Assembly: GCA_013286795.1 (NCBI GenBank)
Contig: JABDFA010000008.1
Span: 7,283-71,282 of the forward strand
DNA from: Candidatus Babelota bacterium
GTDB taxonomy: Bacteria; Babelota; Babeliae; Babelales; JABDEC01
Reading direction: 5' to 3'
DNA length: 64,000 bases
Below, piece by piece: positions 49,283 through 59,500 of this stretch. Positions within the stretch are counted from its first letter, which is position 1. Every line of letters starts with the position of its first letter. A program made the position numbers and the translations under genes. Below the pieces are notes generated by a model. It saw only the letters and a program-made list of their open reading frames with translations, ran no database searches and was not told where the DNA came from.

Positions 49283-50083
49283 ATGAGAAAACTATTTTTA
49301 ATTATCGATTTCTTAAGCTTGGTATTTAGTTATACTTTTTCCCAAGATATGGAAATTAAGGCATATAAAGAATCAGCTTTTTTATATAAATATGCAATTG
49401 AAGGAAATCTTAAAGAAGTAAAAAAACTTTTAGATGAGGGTGCCGATCCTAATCACGATAATCGTTATATTGCATTGTATACCCTTTCTCAGCTTTCTTA
49501 CTCTGCAAATAGACTTGAAATTTCAAAATTATTAATTGAAAAAGGCGCTAATGTTAACGCAAAAGGTCCTGGAGGAAAATCCATTTTGTGGTCATCTATA
49601 GTTTATAAAAGTGACAATGTTCCTTTTGAGCTTTTAGTTAAAAAAGGAGCAGATATTAATGCACAAGATGATACAGGTGCAACTATTTTAATATCTGAAT
49701 TGGCAGATCTTGTAGATGTCAGCCAACATATTGGACATATTGGAAATATGGCACCTGAAGATCTAACTGACGAAGATTTAATGTCGGAAACTGTGTATAA
49801 TTATAAGCGTGGGGATTTTCTTAAAATATTAAATAAAGTTTTATTCTATGCAGATTTTAAATACAATTTTAAACTAGTTGATAATGAAGGTCATTCTATA
49901 TACTATTACATCGAACGTTTGCCAAAAGATGTTCAAGCTTTGATTAACCTAGAATTAGATAAATTTAAGTTATTTAAAAAGCATAAAGAATTTTTTGAAA
50001 AAGAAACTAAAGAAGCATTAGATAATAAATTAATTCCAAACCTAATTGATATTGTAAACGAATATGTTGGATTTGATATTTAA
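49283..50083 (+). CDS. Secreted ankyrin-repeat protein
   Basis: Signal-like N-terminus; ANK units (AIEGNLKEVKKLLDEGADPNH, ISKLLIEKGANVNAKGPGGKSILW, LLVKKGADINAQDDTGATIL); C-terminal IPNLIDIVNEYVG. Confidence 0.88.
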   Translation: MRKLFLIIDFLSLVFSYTFSQDMEIKAYKESAFLYKYAIEGNLKEVKKLLDEGADPNHDNRYIALYTLSQLSYSANRLEISKLLIEKGANVNAKGPGGKSILWSSIVYKSDNVPFELLVKKGADINAQDDTGATILISELADLVDVSQHIGHIGNMAPEDLTDEDLMSETVYNYKRGDFLKILNKVLFYADFKYNFKLVDNEGHSIYYYIERLPKDVQALINLELDKFKLFKKHKEFFEKETKEALDNKLIPNLIDIVNEYVGFDI

Positions 50084-50093
50084 ATTTTTTAAT

Positions 50094-50552
50094 TTAAAAT
50101 CTAAACATTTTTTTAAAACCAACATCTAGCCAAATATGTGAAATTGCGCCACTGACAAAAAATAGAGAATAAATTAAAGCCTGTCTTAAACAGCCTGGAC
50201 AATATGTATCTGCAGCGCAACTAACAGAAAATGCTATAAGCATAATAAACCATGGTTTGTGAAATATGCCTCTGTGATTCACAAGAAGTGGTGCTAAACC
50301 AATAAAACTTAAAACAATCATCAGTTGGATCTTATTGTGAAACACTAAAAATATAAAAACAAAAAGTAATGATACATAAAAAATTTTTTGCATCTTGCTT
50401 TTTGTATCAACATCTGGAAAAATTGAACCTATTAAGCAACATAGTAATAACTGAGCTGCTTGTAATACAGATGCACTGAAATTACAGACTAAATAAAACA
50501 GTACCAGATATACTACAAAACCTGCTGATAAATGCGCTTTATAATTTGGCAT
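50094..50552 (-). CDS. Membrane-bound metal-dependent hydrolase, DUF457/YdjM-like
   Basis: Four to five TM segments with the H...PDVD...HRGIFH...H.W.D pattern. Confidence 0.6.
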   Translation of the reverse strand: MPNYKAHLSAGFVVYLVLFYLVCNFSASVLQAAQLLLCCLIGSIFPDVDTKSKMQKIFYVSLLFVFIFLVFHNKIQLMIVLSFIGLAPLLVNHRGIFHKPWFIMLIAFSVSCAADTYCPGCLRQALIYSLFFVSGAISHIWLDVGFKKMFRF

Positions 50553-50643
50553 AATAAGACTCCTTTTAAGTTATAATTGCATTTGACAAATTGAAAAATG
50601 TATGGGATTATAATAATATTAAGATCATATTATAGGGATAAAT

Positions 50644-51810
50644 ATGCGAATTATTAATATTTTGTTTTTAATATTTTTTATACCACTCTGTATTCAGGGT
50701 ATGGAAGAGAAAATAACTAGAGAAAATTTTGTTCCAGAACTTAGAAAAAAATTTTCTGAGTATGTTAATAAAGATGGATATTTGAAAACTCCATCGCCAA
50801 CTTTAGCATATATCTTCCATAAAGGATCAGAAAAATTAATAAAAAATCTTTTAGGTGATGACCGTGTATGGCAACTTTGTTTACCACAACCATTGCTAGA
50901 TTATGCATTTAATCTTTCAGTACGAGTAATTAAAAAAGAAATCGAATATTGTGATAAAGGCTATTTTGTTTTTTATCATGGGCAAAAACTTGATAATAGA
51001 TTATTTCAAGATTTAAAAGAAATTTTTTATGAAATAAAAGAAAAAAAAGAATTAAAAGACTTTGTTTTTGTCAGACAATTTAATTCAGAGTTACTTGAAA
51101 AAATTAATAAGTATAACAACACTAACCAGTATCTGCATAAATTTTTTGATAAATATGGCTCTGACGATTACAATGAAACAAGTGAAACTTTGCTTCCAGC
51201 TAATTATTGTTTCTTTGGTAATAGTGCTACTCCTGGAGAATCCTCATTTGCATATTCTATATTAAGAATGTTATTTCCTACTAAGTTTATTTTGTATCAT
51301 GCTTTGGAACTATCAGTGCAAGAAGGTTATTTAGATTTTGATGATTTAATACCTAAGATTGAAGAATTAATAGAAATATTAAATAATGAAAAAGATAAAA
51401 ATTATACTGATAATTTATTACAGATTTTTCTGCCCCAAAAATTATCTCACTTGATCTATTTTGCTTTACCATATGGTGATAAATATAACTGTAATTGTAT
51501 TAAAACTGTTTTAACACATTATGTTTTTGGTAAAAAAATTAATTGTAATTGTGATTTTAATAAATTATGTCAGCGATATCAATTACAACCTCAGATATCT
51601 ATAAAAACTCTTGATGCTGAACAAGTACGTATATTATTGCAACCAAAATATTTTATGAATCCTGATAGTGGCATAAAAATTTTTAGGTATGCAAATGAAA
51701 CTGAGCAATTAAAAAAATATCATGATAAAATTAAAGAATTAAGAAAATTTATTTGTGAAAGTAGACAAAACTTAAAGCCTATAGAAAGGCCTATTTATTC
51801 AAAACTATAA
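50644..51810 (+). CDS. Hypothetical secreted protein (Cys-containing, no recognised domain)
   Basis: Signal peptide MRIINILFLIFFIPLCIQG; 388-aa ORF with coding-like composition; no motif recognised. Confidence 0.6.
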   Translation: MRIINILFLIFFIPLCIQGMEEKITRENFVPELRKKFSEYVNKDGYLKTPSPTLAYIFHKGSEKLIKNLLGDDRVWQLCLPQPLLDYAFNLSVRVIKKEIEYCDKGYFVFYHGQKLDNRLFQDLKEIFYEIKEKKELKDFVFVRQFNSELLEKINKYNNTNQYLHKFFDKYGSDDYNETSETLLPANYCFFGNSATPGESSFAYSILRMLFPTKFILYHALELSVQEGYLDFDDLIPKIEELIEILNNEKDKNYTDNLLQIFLPQKLSHLIYFALPYGDKYNCNCIKTVLTHYVFGKKINCNCDFNKLCQRYQLQPQISIKTLDAEQVRILLQPKYFMNPDSGIKIFRYANETEQLKKYHDKIKELRKFICESRQNLKPIERPIYSKL

Positions 51811-51826
51811 ACCTCAGGGGTACTTT

Positions 51827-52498
51827 ATGAAAATTCGCAATATTGTTTTATTTGTTATTTTATGTGTATCTAGTTCTATGAGTGGAATGGCTCAGTTAGA
51901 AAAGAGACCTATAAATAGGAAAGATATTTTGCCCCTATTAGTGGGGTTACTTTTGTTCCCAATGCCTTATAGCACAATATCACACGAATTAGGACATGCA
52001 TTGACAAATAAAATTTTGAATGGTGGTTCTATCGAAGTTTATATTGGTATTAATAATGAAGCACCTCAAGACTATTTATTAAAGCTTGGTGGGTTAGCAA
52101 TTCATAATTTTGATTTTATGTTGGGAACTACAAGAGTTAATGATAAAAATATAATTAAATATATTATAACATTATTATCTGGTCCTATTTCTGGGATAAT
52201 GAGTTTATTATTAATAAAAAAAATTATAAATAAATTGGGATCTAATATTCGTAATCCACGTATAGAACTATTATGTTTTTTTTATAATCTTATATGTAAT
52301 GGATTTGTTGCTCTTCAAATTTTAGAAGGGTTTACTCCTATAAGTGGAGCAGGAAGCGATGGATATAAAATATTTAAAAATTTAGGTGTAAGTGAAAAAT
52401 GTTTGAATAGACTTTTCATTAGATTTGATCGTAGAATGATTCTATTGTTAACAATATATATGATTAGTAATTTATATAGTCTTAATGCAACTTCATGA
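51827..52498 (+). CDS. Membrane zinc-metalloprotease-like protein (M50B-like, HExxH)
   Basis: HELGHALTNKILNGG immediately after a TM segment; further TM segments follow. Confidence 0.5.
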   Translation: MKIRNIVLFVILCVSSSMSGMAQLEKRPINRKDILPLLVGLLLFPMPYSTISHELGHALTNKILNGGSIEVYIGINNEAPQDYLLKLGGLAIHNFDFMLGTTRVNDKNIIKYIITLLSGPISGIMSLLLIKKIINKLGSNIRNPRIELLCFFYNLICNGFVALQILEGFTPISGAGSDGYKIFKNLGVSEKCLNRLFIRFDRRMILLLTIYMISNLYSLNATS

Positions 52499-53615
52499 AA
52501 TTAGTTTTTGGGTAATAAAAGAGTAAAATTGATTTATGGTCCCAGCCTTTGTCGACTAAATGGCGGGCGCCCCACTGGCACAGACCAAGATGGTGACCTA
52601 TTCCTTTACCCTTTATGATAATATTATTTTGTTCTCTGATGATAGTGTAATAGAAGCTTTTTACAGATTTGAACATTGAATAGAATTTTTTTCCACCAAT
52701 TTTATATTTTCTGTTTTGATCACGTACTTCAACTTCATGAACTATTCCTGCATTATCTTTTTTTGTGATATTAATGCTTCTTAATTTTTTAAAATTTGGG
52801 ATCTCTTTTTTTATAATCTTTTCAAGTTGTTCTGGTTTATAATTAACTTGCCAGCTGTATGATCTTGAATCTTTGCAAAAATAACAAGGGTGTTTGCGTT
52901 GTAGATATGGCGCGCTTTCAAAATTAACATTTTTCATTCTTGCAGGAATAACTCCTCCACAGCAAGAATCAAACATAGCAAGAATAGGTTTTTTACTATA
53001 ACCCAGTATAATTCCCTTTGTTTCTTCAACTGCCTGTTTTATTATTTTGCAATTATGAATGCCTGAGTATGTTTGGTGTTTGTTTGTATTGCGTATGTGA
53101 AAGGGTAATTTTGCTTGTTTATTTTCTAGAATTTTTGCTACAGCATAACTACGACATGCTATTGCCATAACTTTATTAATTTCAAGAGGCCAGTTGGGCC
53201 AACTTTCTGTACGTAACACTGAAAATATATAATCCTCAAGATTAAGATAATTAATTAGTAATAAATTGTTGTTATGTTTAGTGATTAGGAAACAGCCTTG
53301 ATATTCGTTTTCATTAATTTTTAGATAACCATCTTGGGGATCAATTTTTAATAGATTATGAGTAGTTCTTTCATTGTTTAGAAATACTGTGCCATTTTTT
53401 AGTTCGATATTAATTTCTTTGTTATATCTTTTTTTCTTGTTATTTTTTGGACATCCAAGAATAAGATTATTTTGGCCAGAGATTTTGAGGATTATATCTT
53501 CTTGTTCAGTTACTTCTTGCAGCAAGACTTTGATTTTAGCATCTTGGCAAAAAACCATATAACAAGAAGTAAATGACAAAAATAATATTAGTTTAAATTT
53601 CGATATTATATTCAT
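52482..53615 (-). CDS. SpoIID/LytB-domain protein (peptidoglycan remodelling)
   Basis: E.Y...VL..E......P.E..KA.AIA.RSYA...; Q.Y.G; MFDSCCGG; GHGLGLCQWGA pattern (here GIGHHLGLCQWGARHL). Confidence 0.8.
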   Translation of the reverse strand: MNIISKFKLILFLSFTSCYMVFCQDAKIKVLLQEVTEQEDIILKISGQNNLILGCPKNNKKKRYNKEINIELKNGTVFLNNERTTHNLLKIDPQDGYLKINENEYQGCFLITKHNNNLLLINYLNLEDYIFSVLRTESWPNWPLEINKVMAIACRSYAVAKILENKQAKLPFHIRNTNKHQTYSGIHNCKIIKQAVEETKGIILGYSKKPILAMFDSCCGGVIPARMKNVNFESAPYLQRKHPCYFCKDSRSYSWQVNYKPEQLEKIIKKEIPNFKKLRSINITKKDNAGIVHEVEVRDQNRKYKIGGKKFYSMFKSVKSFYYTIIREQNNIIIKGKGIGHHLGLCQWGARHLVDKGWDHKSILLFYYPKTNFMKLH

Positions 53616-54108
53616 GCAATAGCAAATCTAAAAATTCTTTTGGTACTGATAATCTCTTGTCTATTGCTTCATTAGCTAATTCATCGGCTCTTTTATTTTG
53701 ATCTCTTAAAACGTGACTTATTCTATAATCTATTTTATGTAAAAGTGATATTGCAGTTTTATGCAAAATTTTAAGATTTTCATGTTTGATTTTATAAAGT
53801 CCCAATATTTGATGTACTAATAACTTTGAGTCAGAAACGATATTTAGTAGTTGATCAGGCTTTAAAACTTTTTTTGCACATAAAATTCCTAAAATTAAAG
53901 CTAAATATTCTGATTGGTTATTAGTTTTTTTTCCTAAGAAAAAACCCTTTGCTGCTATTTCTTTATTATCTTGCCATATAACTATTCCAGCACTAGAGGG
54001 TCCAGGGTTATTACGTGACGCTCCATCACAGGCTAAATTTATTATTTCTTTATTGATTTCTTTTTTAGGCAAATTATTGGTTTGAAAAATACTAAGTTGT
54101 TTTACCAC
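53593..54108 (-). CDS. rnhA: Ribonuclease H (RNase HI / RVT_3-type)
   Basis: DEDD-type residues in CDGASRNNPG, NNQSEYLAL, SDSKLLV, NKRADELAN. Confidence 0.75.
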   Translation of the reverse strand: MVKQLSIFQTNNLPKKEINKEIINLACDGASRNNPGPSSAGIVIWQDNKEIAAKGFFLGKKTNNQSEYLALILGILCAKKVLKPDQLLNIVSDSKLLVHQILGLYKIKHENLKILHKTAISLLHKIDYRISHVLRDQNKRADELANEAIDKRLSVPKEFLDLLLHEYNIEI

Positions 54109-54823
54109 AGTGTTGTTCTTTCATTGTCTCAAGATATAAAAGTCTGTAACAGCTTTTACATTGTATGAATTTTTTTAATTTTAAATCCATCATATCTTGA
54201 TTTGTTAAATGATGAAAGCAAGCAGTACAACTGTTTTTTTCAACAGTTACAACAGGATTTGTTACCTTAGTATGCATTATATTGTACTTAGTTAACCATT
54301 CTTCTGGGATACCTACTTCTTTAGTTTTTCTTTCTGATTCGTATTGTACTATTTCATCGTCTAACTGTTTTATTTGAGTATTTACTTGAGACATCTGATT
54401 TTCTAAGTCTTCAATTTTATGTAAATATTCTACTTTTTTTGCATCATAATCTTCTTGTTCAAAATTTAATTTGTTCCAACGAATTACTAAATCAGGTTCA
54501 AGTTTGTGTTGGCTTTGCTTTATTCTTTCAATTTCTTTTTTTAATGAAGAATATTCTTTTTCATTATTGACAGATTCAAGTTTAAGTTTTTTATCCTTTT
54601 CAAGTTGGTCAAGCTCCTTCATTTGAAGCTCAATCAGGTCAACTTCTTTTTTAGTGGAAAGTAGCTGTTGTTTTTTTTGTTCAATATTGTGATTTAGGGT
54701 AGCTAATTGAGAGTGTAGGGTATCTATCTGTTTTTTTAGATCCTGCAGACTAGATCTAGTTTTAAACATTTTCTGATCGAAGTTAACTAGATCAACAAAT
54801 GAGCAAAATGGATCATTTTCCAC
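54092..54823 (-). CDS. Coiled-coil protein with C-terminal C4 zinc ribbon (COG1579-like)
   Basis: The track start (54853) would overlap the tRNA, so it is trimmed to GTG 54823 (GGAGG 4 nt upstream). Long heptad region, then CTACFHHL...CKSCYRLLY. Confidence 0.7.
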   Translation of the reverse strand: MENDPFCSFVDLVNFDQKMFKTRSSLQDLKKQIDTLHSQLATLNHNIEQKKQQLLSTKKEVDLIELQMKELDQLEKDKKLKLESVNNEKEYSSLKKEIERIKQSQHKLEPDLVIRWNKLNFEQEDYDAKKVEYLHKIEDLENQMSQVNTQIKQLDDEIVQYESERKTKEVGIPEEWLTKYNIMHTKVTNPVVTVEKNSCTACFHHLTNQDMMDLKLKKFIQCKSCYRLLYLETMKEQHCGKTT

Positions 54824-54841
54824 GGGACCTCCGTTTATATT

Positions 54842-54918
54842 TGGTGGGCCCACCAGGACTTGAACCTGGGACCTTTCGGTTATGAGCCGACTGCTCTGAC
54901 CGACTGAGCTATGGGCCC
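54842..54918 (-). tRNA. tRNA with CAU anticodon (elongator Met or lysidine-modified Ile2), CCA encoded
   Basis: Reverse complement GGGCCCA-TA-GCTC-AGTCGGTCA-GAGC-A-GTCGG-CTCATAA-CCGAA-AGGTC-CCAGG-TTCAAGT-CCTGG-TGGGCCC-ACCA folds into a cloverleaf by hand. 77 nt; G1:C72 is paired, so not an initiator. Confidence 0.9.
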
Positions 54919-55074
54919 CTACTAAATAGAGAATATCAATACTTTATAGAAAACAAGCATAAACTAAATTTATGTGATTGTTAAGTTTTATTTTTAAAAT
55001 GATTTGGTCTTATCATTGAAAATTATTCGGGTTAAATAGAGTAAATAGAGTCAGCATTAATTTTTGATGTGATT

Positions 55075-56409
55075 CTATTTTATCAAGTGCATATTTTCAA
55101 TTATTTTAATACTTTGTGCTGTATCATCATAAATTTTTTGGTCAATATTTTTTGAAGGGGTCGATAATACTAATTTATAATGCGTCAGGGCTTTTCTATA
55201 ATCAATCCCTAGTTTGTTGTATTTGCTTCTTCCTGCATAAAAACAAGCTAATTTATAATTGGTTGTAATCCAAGTTTCTAAATCAAAATTTTTTATTTGA
55301 TCTGTTATAATATTATGACAACATTCTTCATATTTCTGAAAAGTTAACATAGAAAATGGCTCTCGATAATAATAAAAAATCATTAAACTAGTATTGGTAT
55401 TAATCCAAGTTGCTAAATCAATTTTTTCAGTAGTTTTTGTTTTGATTATTAGTTGGAAATGTTTTTCTGCTTTGTTATGATCCGGTATTGTTAATCCTAA
55501 CCCATTGTAATATATATTACCTAATAAATAATTTGCTTTTGCCCATGTATTTAAATTAATATCTTTAAATCCTGGGTTAGCTAAACAGACTTCACAATAT
55601 TTTTTTAGTTGCTCATATTTAGTTTTGTCTATTGAATCCATAGAATAATAAATATTTACTAATAATACGTTTGCAATCCAAATCTTTGCAGAATCCTTTG
55701 GTGCTTCCGGTATAGCTATAGCTTCAAGATATTTTAGAGCTTCTTTATAATTTTTATTGTTATAGTGCATATGTGCTAATCTATGATTTGCTTCTATATA
55801 TTTCTCTATTTTTTTATTATTTTTTGATTCTAAATATTTTTTGTATACTTCAATTTTTAGTTTAAAATCGTTTGAATTTAAGTAAAAAAAATCTAAAAGG
55901 TCCTGCTTACGATAACTATTAAACAGGTCATTATTCGAGCATAAATATTTAAATGTATTTTCCCCTTTTTTGATTGTGAAATATTCTAGTGCTATTATAT
56001 TTTCTTGATTTGCAGGATTCACTTTTAATTGATCCATTTTTTCTTGTAATGGATATTTTCCAAATAAATAGTGGTTTAATATATGTGCATCATAGTAATG
56101 TGTGAATAGTCTGTCTTTTTCTTTAGTAACCACTCTTGCCAAAATATATGGTTCATTTTCTTTTAATTTCATATCCATTAATTCTGCAAATGTAGAAAGG
56201 GATATAGAGTCTTCTCGGTTAACATCTATAATTTCTTCTTCTGTTGTGTCACCAGGAAACTCTAATTTAAAGATTTGATTATTTTCACTTTTTTCTTTAC
56301 CTTCTTTTTCCTCTTTTTCTTCAAAAGTAGAAGTAAGCTGGCTCATTGACCATAAATTTGTAGATAGTGATAAGATTAGTAATAAACCTATATTTTTTAT
56401 AATTTTCAT
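55075..56409 (-). CDS. Secreted TPR/Sel1-like repeat protein
   Basis: Signal peptide; acidic linker; C-terminal two-thirds built of repeated A.x.LG/Y.YY helical units (NYKEALKYLEAIA, NYLLGNIYYNGLGLTIPDHNKAEKHFQLII, NYKLACFYAG...YRKALTHYKLVL). Confidence 0.7.
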   Translation of the reverse strand: MKIIKNIGLLLILSLSTNLWSMSQLTSTFEEKEEKEGKEKSENNQIFKLEFPGDTTEEEIIDVNREDSISLSTFAELMDMKLKENEPYILARVVTKEKDRLFTHYYDAHILNHYLFGKYPLQEKMDQLKVNPANQENIIALEYFTIKKGENTFKYLCSNNDLFNSYRKQDLLDFFYLNSNDFKLKIEVYKKYLESKNNKKIEKYIEANHRLAHMHYNNKNYKEALKYLEAIAIPEAPKDSAKIWIANVLLVNIYYSMDSIDKTKYEQLKKYCEVCLANPGFKDINLNTWAKANYLLGNIYYNGLGLTIPDHNKAEKHFQLIIKTKTTEKIDLATWINTNTSLMIFYYYREPFSMLTFQKYEECCHNIITDQIKNFDLETWITTNYKLACFYAGRSKYNKLGIDYRKALTHYKLVLSTPSKNIDQKIYDDTAQSIKIIENMHLIK

Positions 56410-56547
56410 ATAAATTCCCCCTTTAAATTGGTATTAAATAATGTATATATTATATAAATTATCAGATAGACAATAAAATGTCAAATTTGTATATGAGACT
56501 AATATTTAACCTGGAAAAAGGGCCTAAGACTTCTTTGGCTGATCTTT

Positions 56548-59500
56548 TTATACAATATAATATGATATAAGTGTTACGGTAAACATAACTGTCAAAATAA
56601 AGGGCCAAAATATGGTTATTTTTAAGTGTTCGAATAATTTAGTTTTTTCTCCAGTACTTATATCTATGCATAGTAGAACCATTAAGAGATATATGACAAA
56701 TAATAAGTATTCAATATAAACTACACCTGAAACACCAAGCTTGCTCCTTAAGGATTGATGTAACAATATTGTTGGGAAAAGTAATGCGATATAGATTGAT
56801 ATGGTAGAAATCATATTAAGTGTTATTGCATTCATTGACAATATTTGTAATAGAAACATGGCTAGAATTATAACAAGTAGAGGGAGTATAACAAGTATGA
56901 AAGCATCCATAGGGTTTCTGCTTGCCATAATATTATAAGTCAAAATATTATGGGTAATTATATTTTTATGTATGCCATAATTTGTGCTTGTTGGAATACT
57001 TTTAAATGAGAAAAATGTTTTGTCTATATCATATTTTTCTAATAATTCTTTATTTATACCTATTTTTTGTTCAGGAGCAAGATTTTTATAGCTATCAATA
57101 AATGGTGTTAATATTACGTCATCTTTTACAAAAGGATATTCTAGATCAATTTCGATTTTTTGTTTATCGAAAGGATAAAAGAAGAAAGAGCTGCGTTGAA
57201 ATACTGTTCCATTTATTTGAAATGCTATATTAAGATAATCCTTTTCCTTGTTTTGATACATTTCTTTAATGTTTAAATTCGAAGAAGCATTTTGTAATGT
57301 TATTTGTGGTTTCAAATCAAGTTTTGGATATTTTTGCCAAATTGAAGCAAAGAATGAGCAGTTATTTGAATCAGAAATATCAATAAAGTTAGCATAAATT
57401 CCTGTAGGTATAAGAATAGTTGTTGGTGTTATAATTTTTTCTAATGCTCTTTGGACATCAATTTCATTTGTTATTGCTGATTGTTGCATTGCAAAATATG
57501 AGTTTTTGTATGTTAATAAATAAATATAAATAGTTCCAGATAATAGCACTAGTGAATACAGTATACTGTATTTAGCCATCGTTTTTATTTGTAGATTATA
57601 AGGCTTTATAACTAGAAAGCCTGAGATCAGTATTATTAACATTAATACAATCAATATTAATATGGATAAGTTTGATAAAAAATTAAATGTTTGATCCAAT
57701 TCAACATATTGAAATAATTCAGTATCACTGTAAAATGTTATGAATACCCATTTTGTTAATGGTGTAACCTCAAAAAAAGCGTAAATTGTATGATTATTTT
57801 CATCTATAAATTTTTCTATTCCTGAAGACTCTTCTTTAACTCTAGATCTTATTTTTAACAAAACATCTTTTTTTGTTATTTTTACAATGTCATCAAATGA
57901 TAAATTTCCTAAAACATATTCTTCATTATAATGATAAATTAATCTATCATCTTCAGATAATATTAATGAGATCTCTTCTTTTTGTGGGCCCAGATAAGCA
58001 ATAACTTTTTTTATGTTACTGAATGGATAGACGACAGCGACAGTTCCTATAGGTGTATTTGGATTATCTTTTGAAAAGAACGGTTCAGTATATATAATTG
58101 ATAAATCTTTTGATTCTTTTTCAATAAAAGGACCAATCCATTCAGGTTTATTCTTGAGTTTAAAATCATACCATTTAATTTGATTTATATTTTTTGAGGA
58201 TATTTCTGTTTTTCCGGTAGATATTTTATCATTTTGATTTAAAGAATATATATAATATGGTGGTTTTTCATTTCCATAAGCAACGTATATACCTGTGATA
58301 TTTTTATTACCAGATAATTTTTTAGATAAATAATCTTTTAATTCTTTTTCATTAAATTTTTGATTGTTTAAATCTAAACAGATAGAATGATTAAAAAATT
58401 TTATAGAATCCAAGTTCTCTGAAAGAATGGAACCAACACTTTTGACATCCACCGCTGTGCTGTTAATTTGTTGGTCATCAAAATAGGAGCTCTCTTTTTT
58501 ATACTCTCTTATTAAATATCCAAGCAAAATGGCTAATGCTGCTAATAAAATCAAAGCTGAATCACTGATTATTGATTTTAAATATTTTTTAAAAGAATTT
58601 AAAATAATAATTTTTCTAGTATTAAATATTATTATTATCCAGAAGATATATATAAGTATTAAAATAAATAATATAGTTTTTATAATATTTGGAACAAAAA
58701 GAACTTCTGACAGATCCTGTTCAACAGCAATGGACCAACTTGAATCAATTAAATACCCTCTAGCATTAAGAACTAATTTATCATTTACAAACATTATATC
58801 AGATCCAACTACATCACCTAATACAGATAATGTAACTGGGGATTTGATCGATAATGTTTTGTAAAATTTAAAAGCATAATTAGGATTAAATCTGGTATTA
58901 AAAATAATTAAAGCTTGATTGTTTGATCTTTTGGAAATAAAAATATCACCAGTATTACCCAAGTTATTATAATATTTAGAAATTATTTTATAAATAGTTT
59001 CAGCATCTATTTTTATTGCCAACATCCCAATGACATGATCTTCAAATAAACAAGGAAAGGATATAAAAAGGGAATTTTCTGATTTATCTTTTGGGCCAAT
59101 AGGTCCAAATTCAGAGATGATAGGGGTTAATAAAGTCTGAGTTAGATTAATTAATTGAGAAATGATTTGATACTCATCTATTTTCTCATTAACATTAATT
59201 CCTGTAGGAATATTATTTTTTGCTGAAAATATCAAATTGCCTTCAGGAGTTATAAATATTATATCTTTATATTGCTCTAAAGAATTAGTCTTTTTAAATT
59301 CATTTATTAAATCATTTTTCTTTTTGAGATACTCAGGGGAATTAAGAGATGTCGATTTTAAATCATTTAAATATTTAAAAATTTGCTTTTGTTCAACGAT
59401 TACTTTGGTAAAATTTTCAATATTATTATTAAAATAATCTTTAATTTCATTATTAAGTTTTTCTTGGACAGAATTAAGATGAGACTTTGCACTTTCTATG

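Noticed and set aside
54824-54853. ORF-track N-terminal extension of the zinc-ribbon gene (MGPPNINGGP...).
   Set aside because: It would overlap the tRNA gene, and an in-frame GTG with GGAGG lies just downstream. Similar upstream extensions were trimmed at 3486, 11682, 16291, 36785, 37992, 39874, 42654 and 48293.
54842-54918. Initiator tRNA-fMet assignment for the CAU tRNA.
   Set aside because: Positions 1:72 form a G:C pair and the anticodon stem lacks the GGG/CCC run. Bacterial initiators have a 1:72 mismatch.
58529-59437. Plus-strand ORFs (58529-58864, 59237-59437) and similar ones opposite the SBP genes (60909-61160, 61887-62105, 62156-62359, 62630-62848).
   Set aside because: They are antisense shadow ORFs within long, well-supported minus-strand genes. 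Their translations are low-complexity with no RBS.
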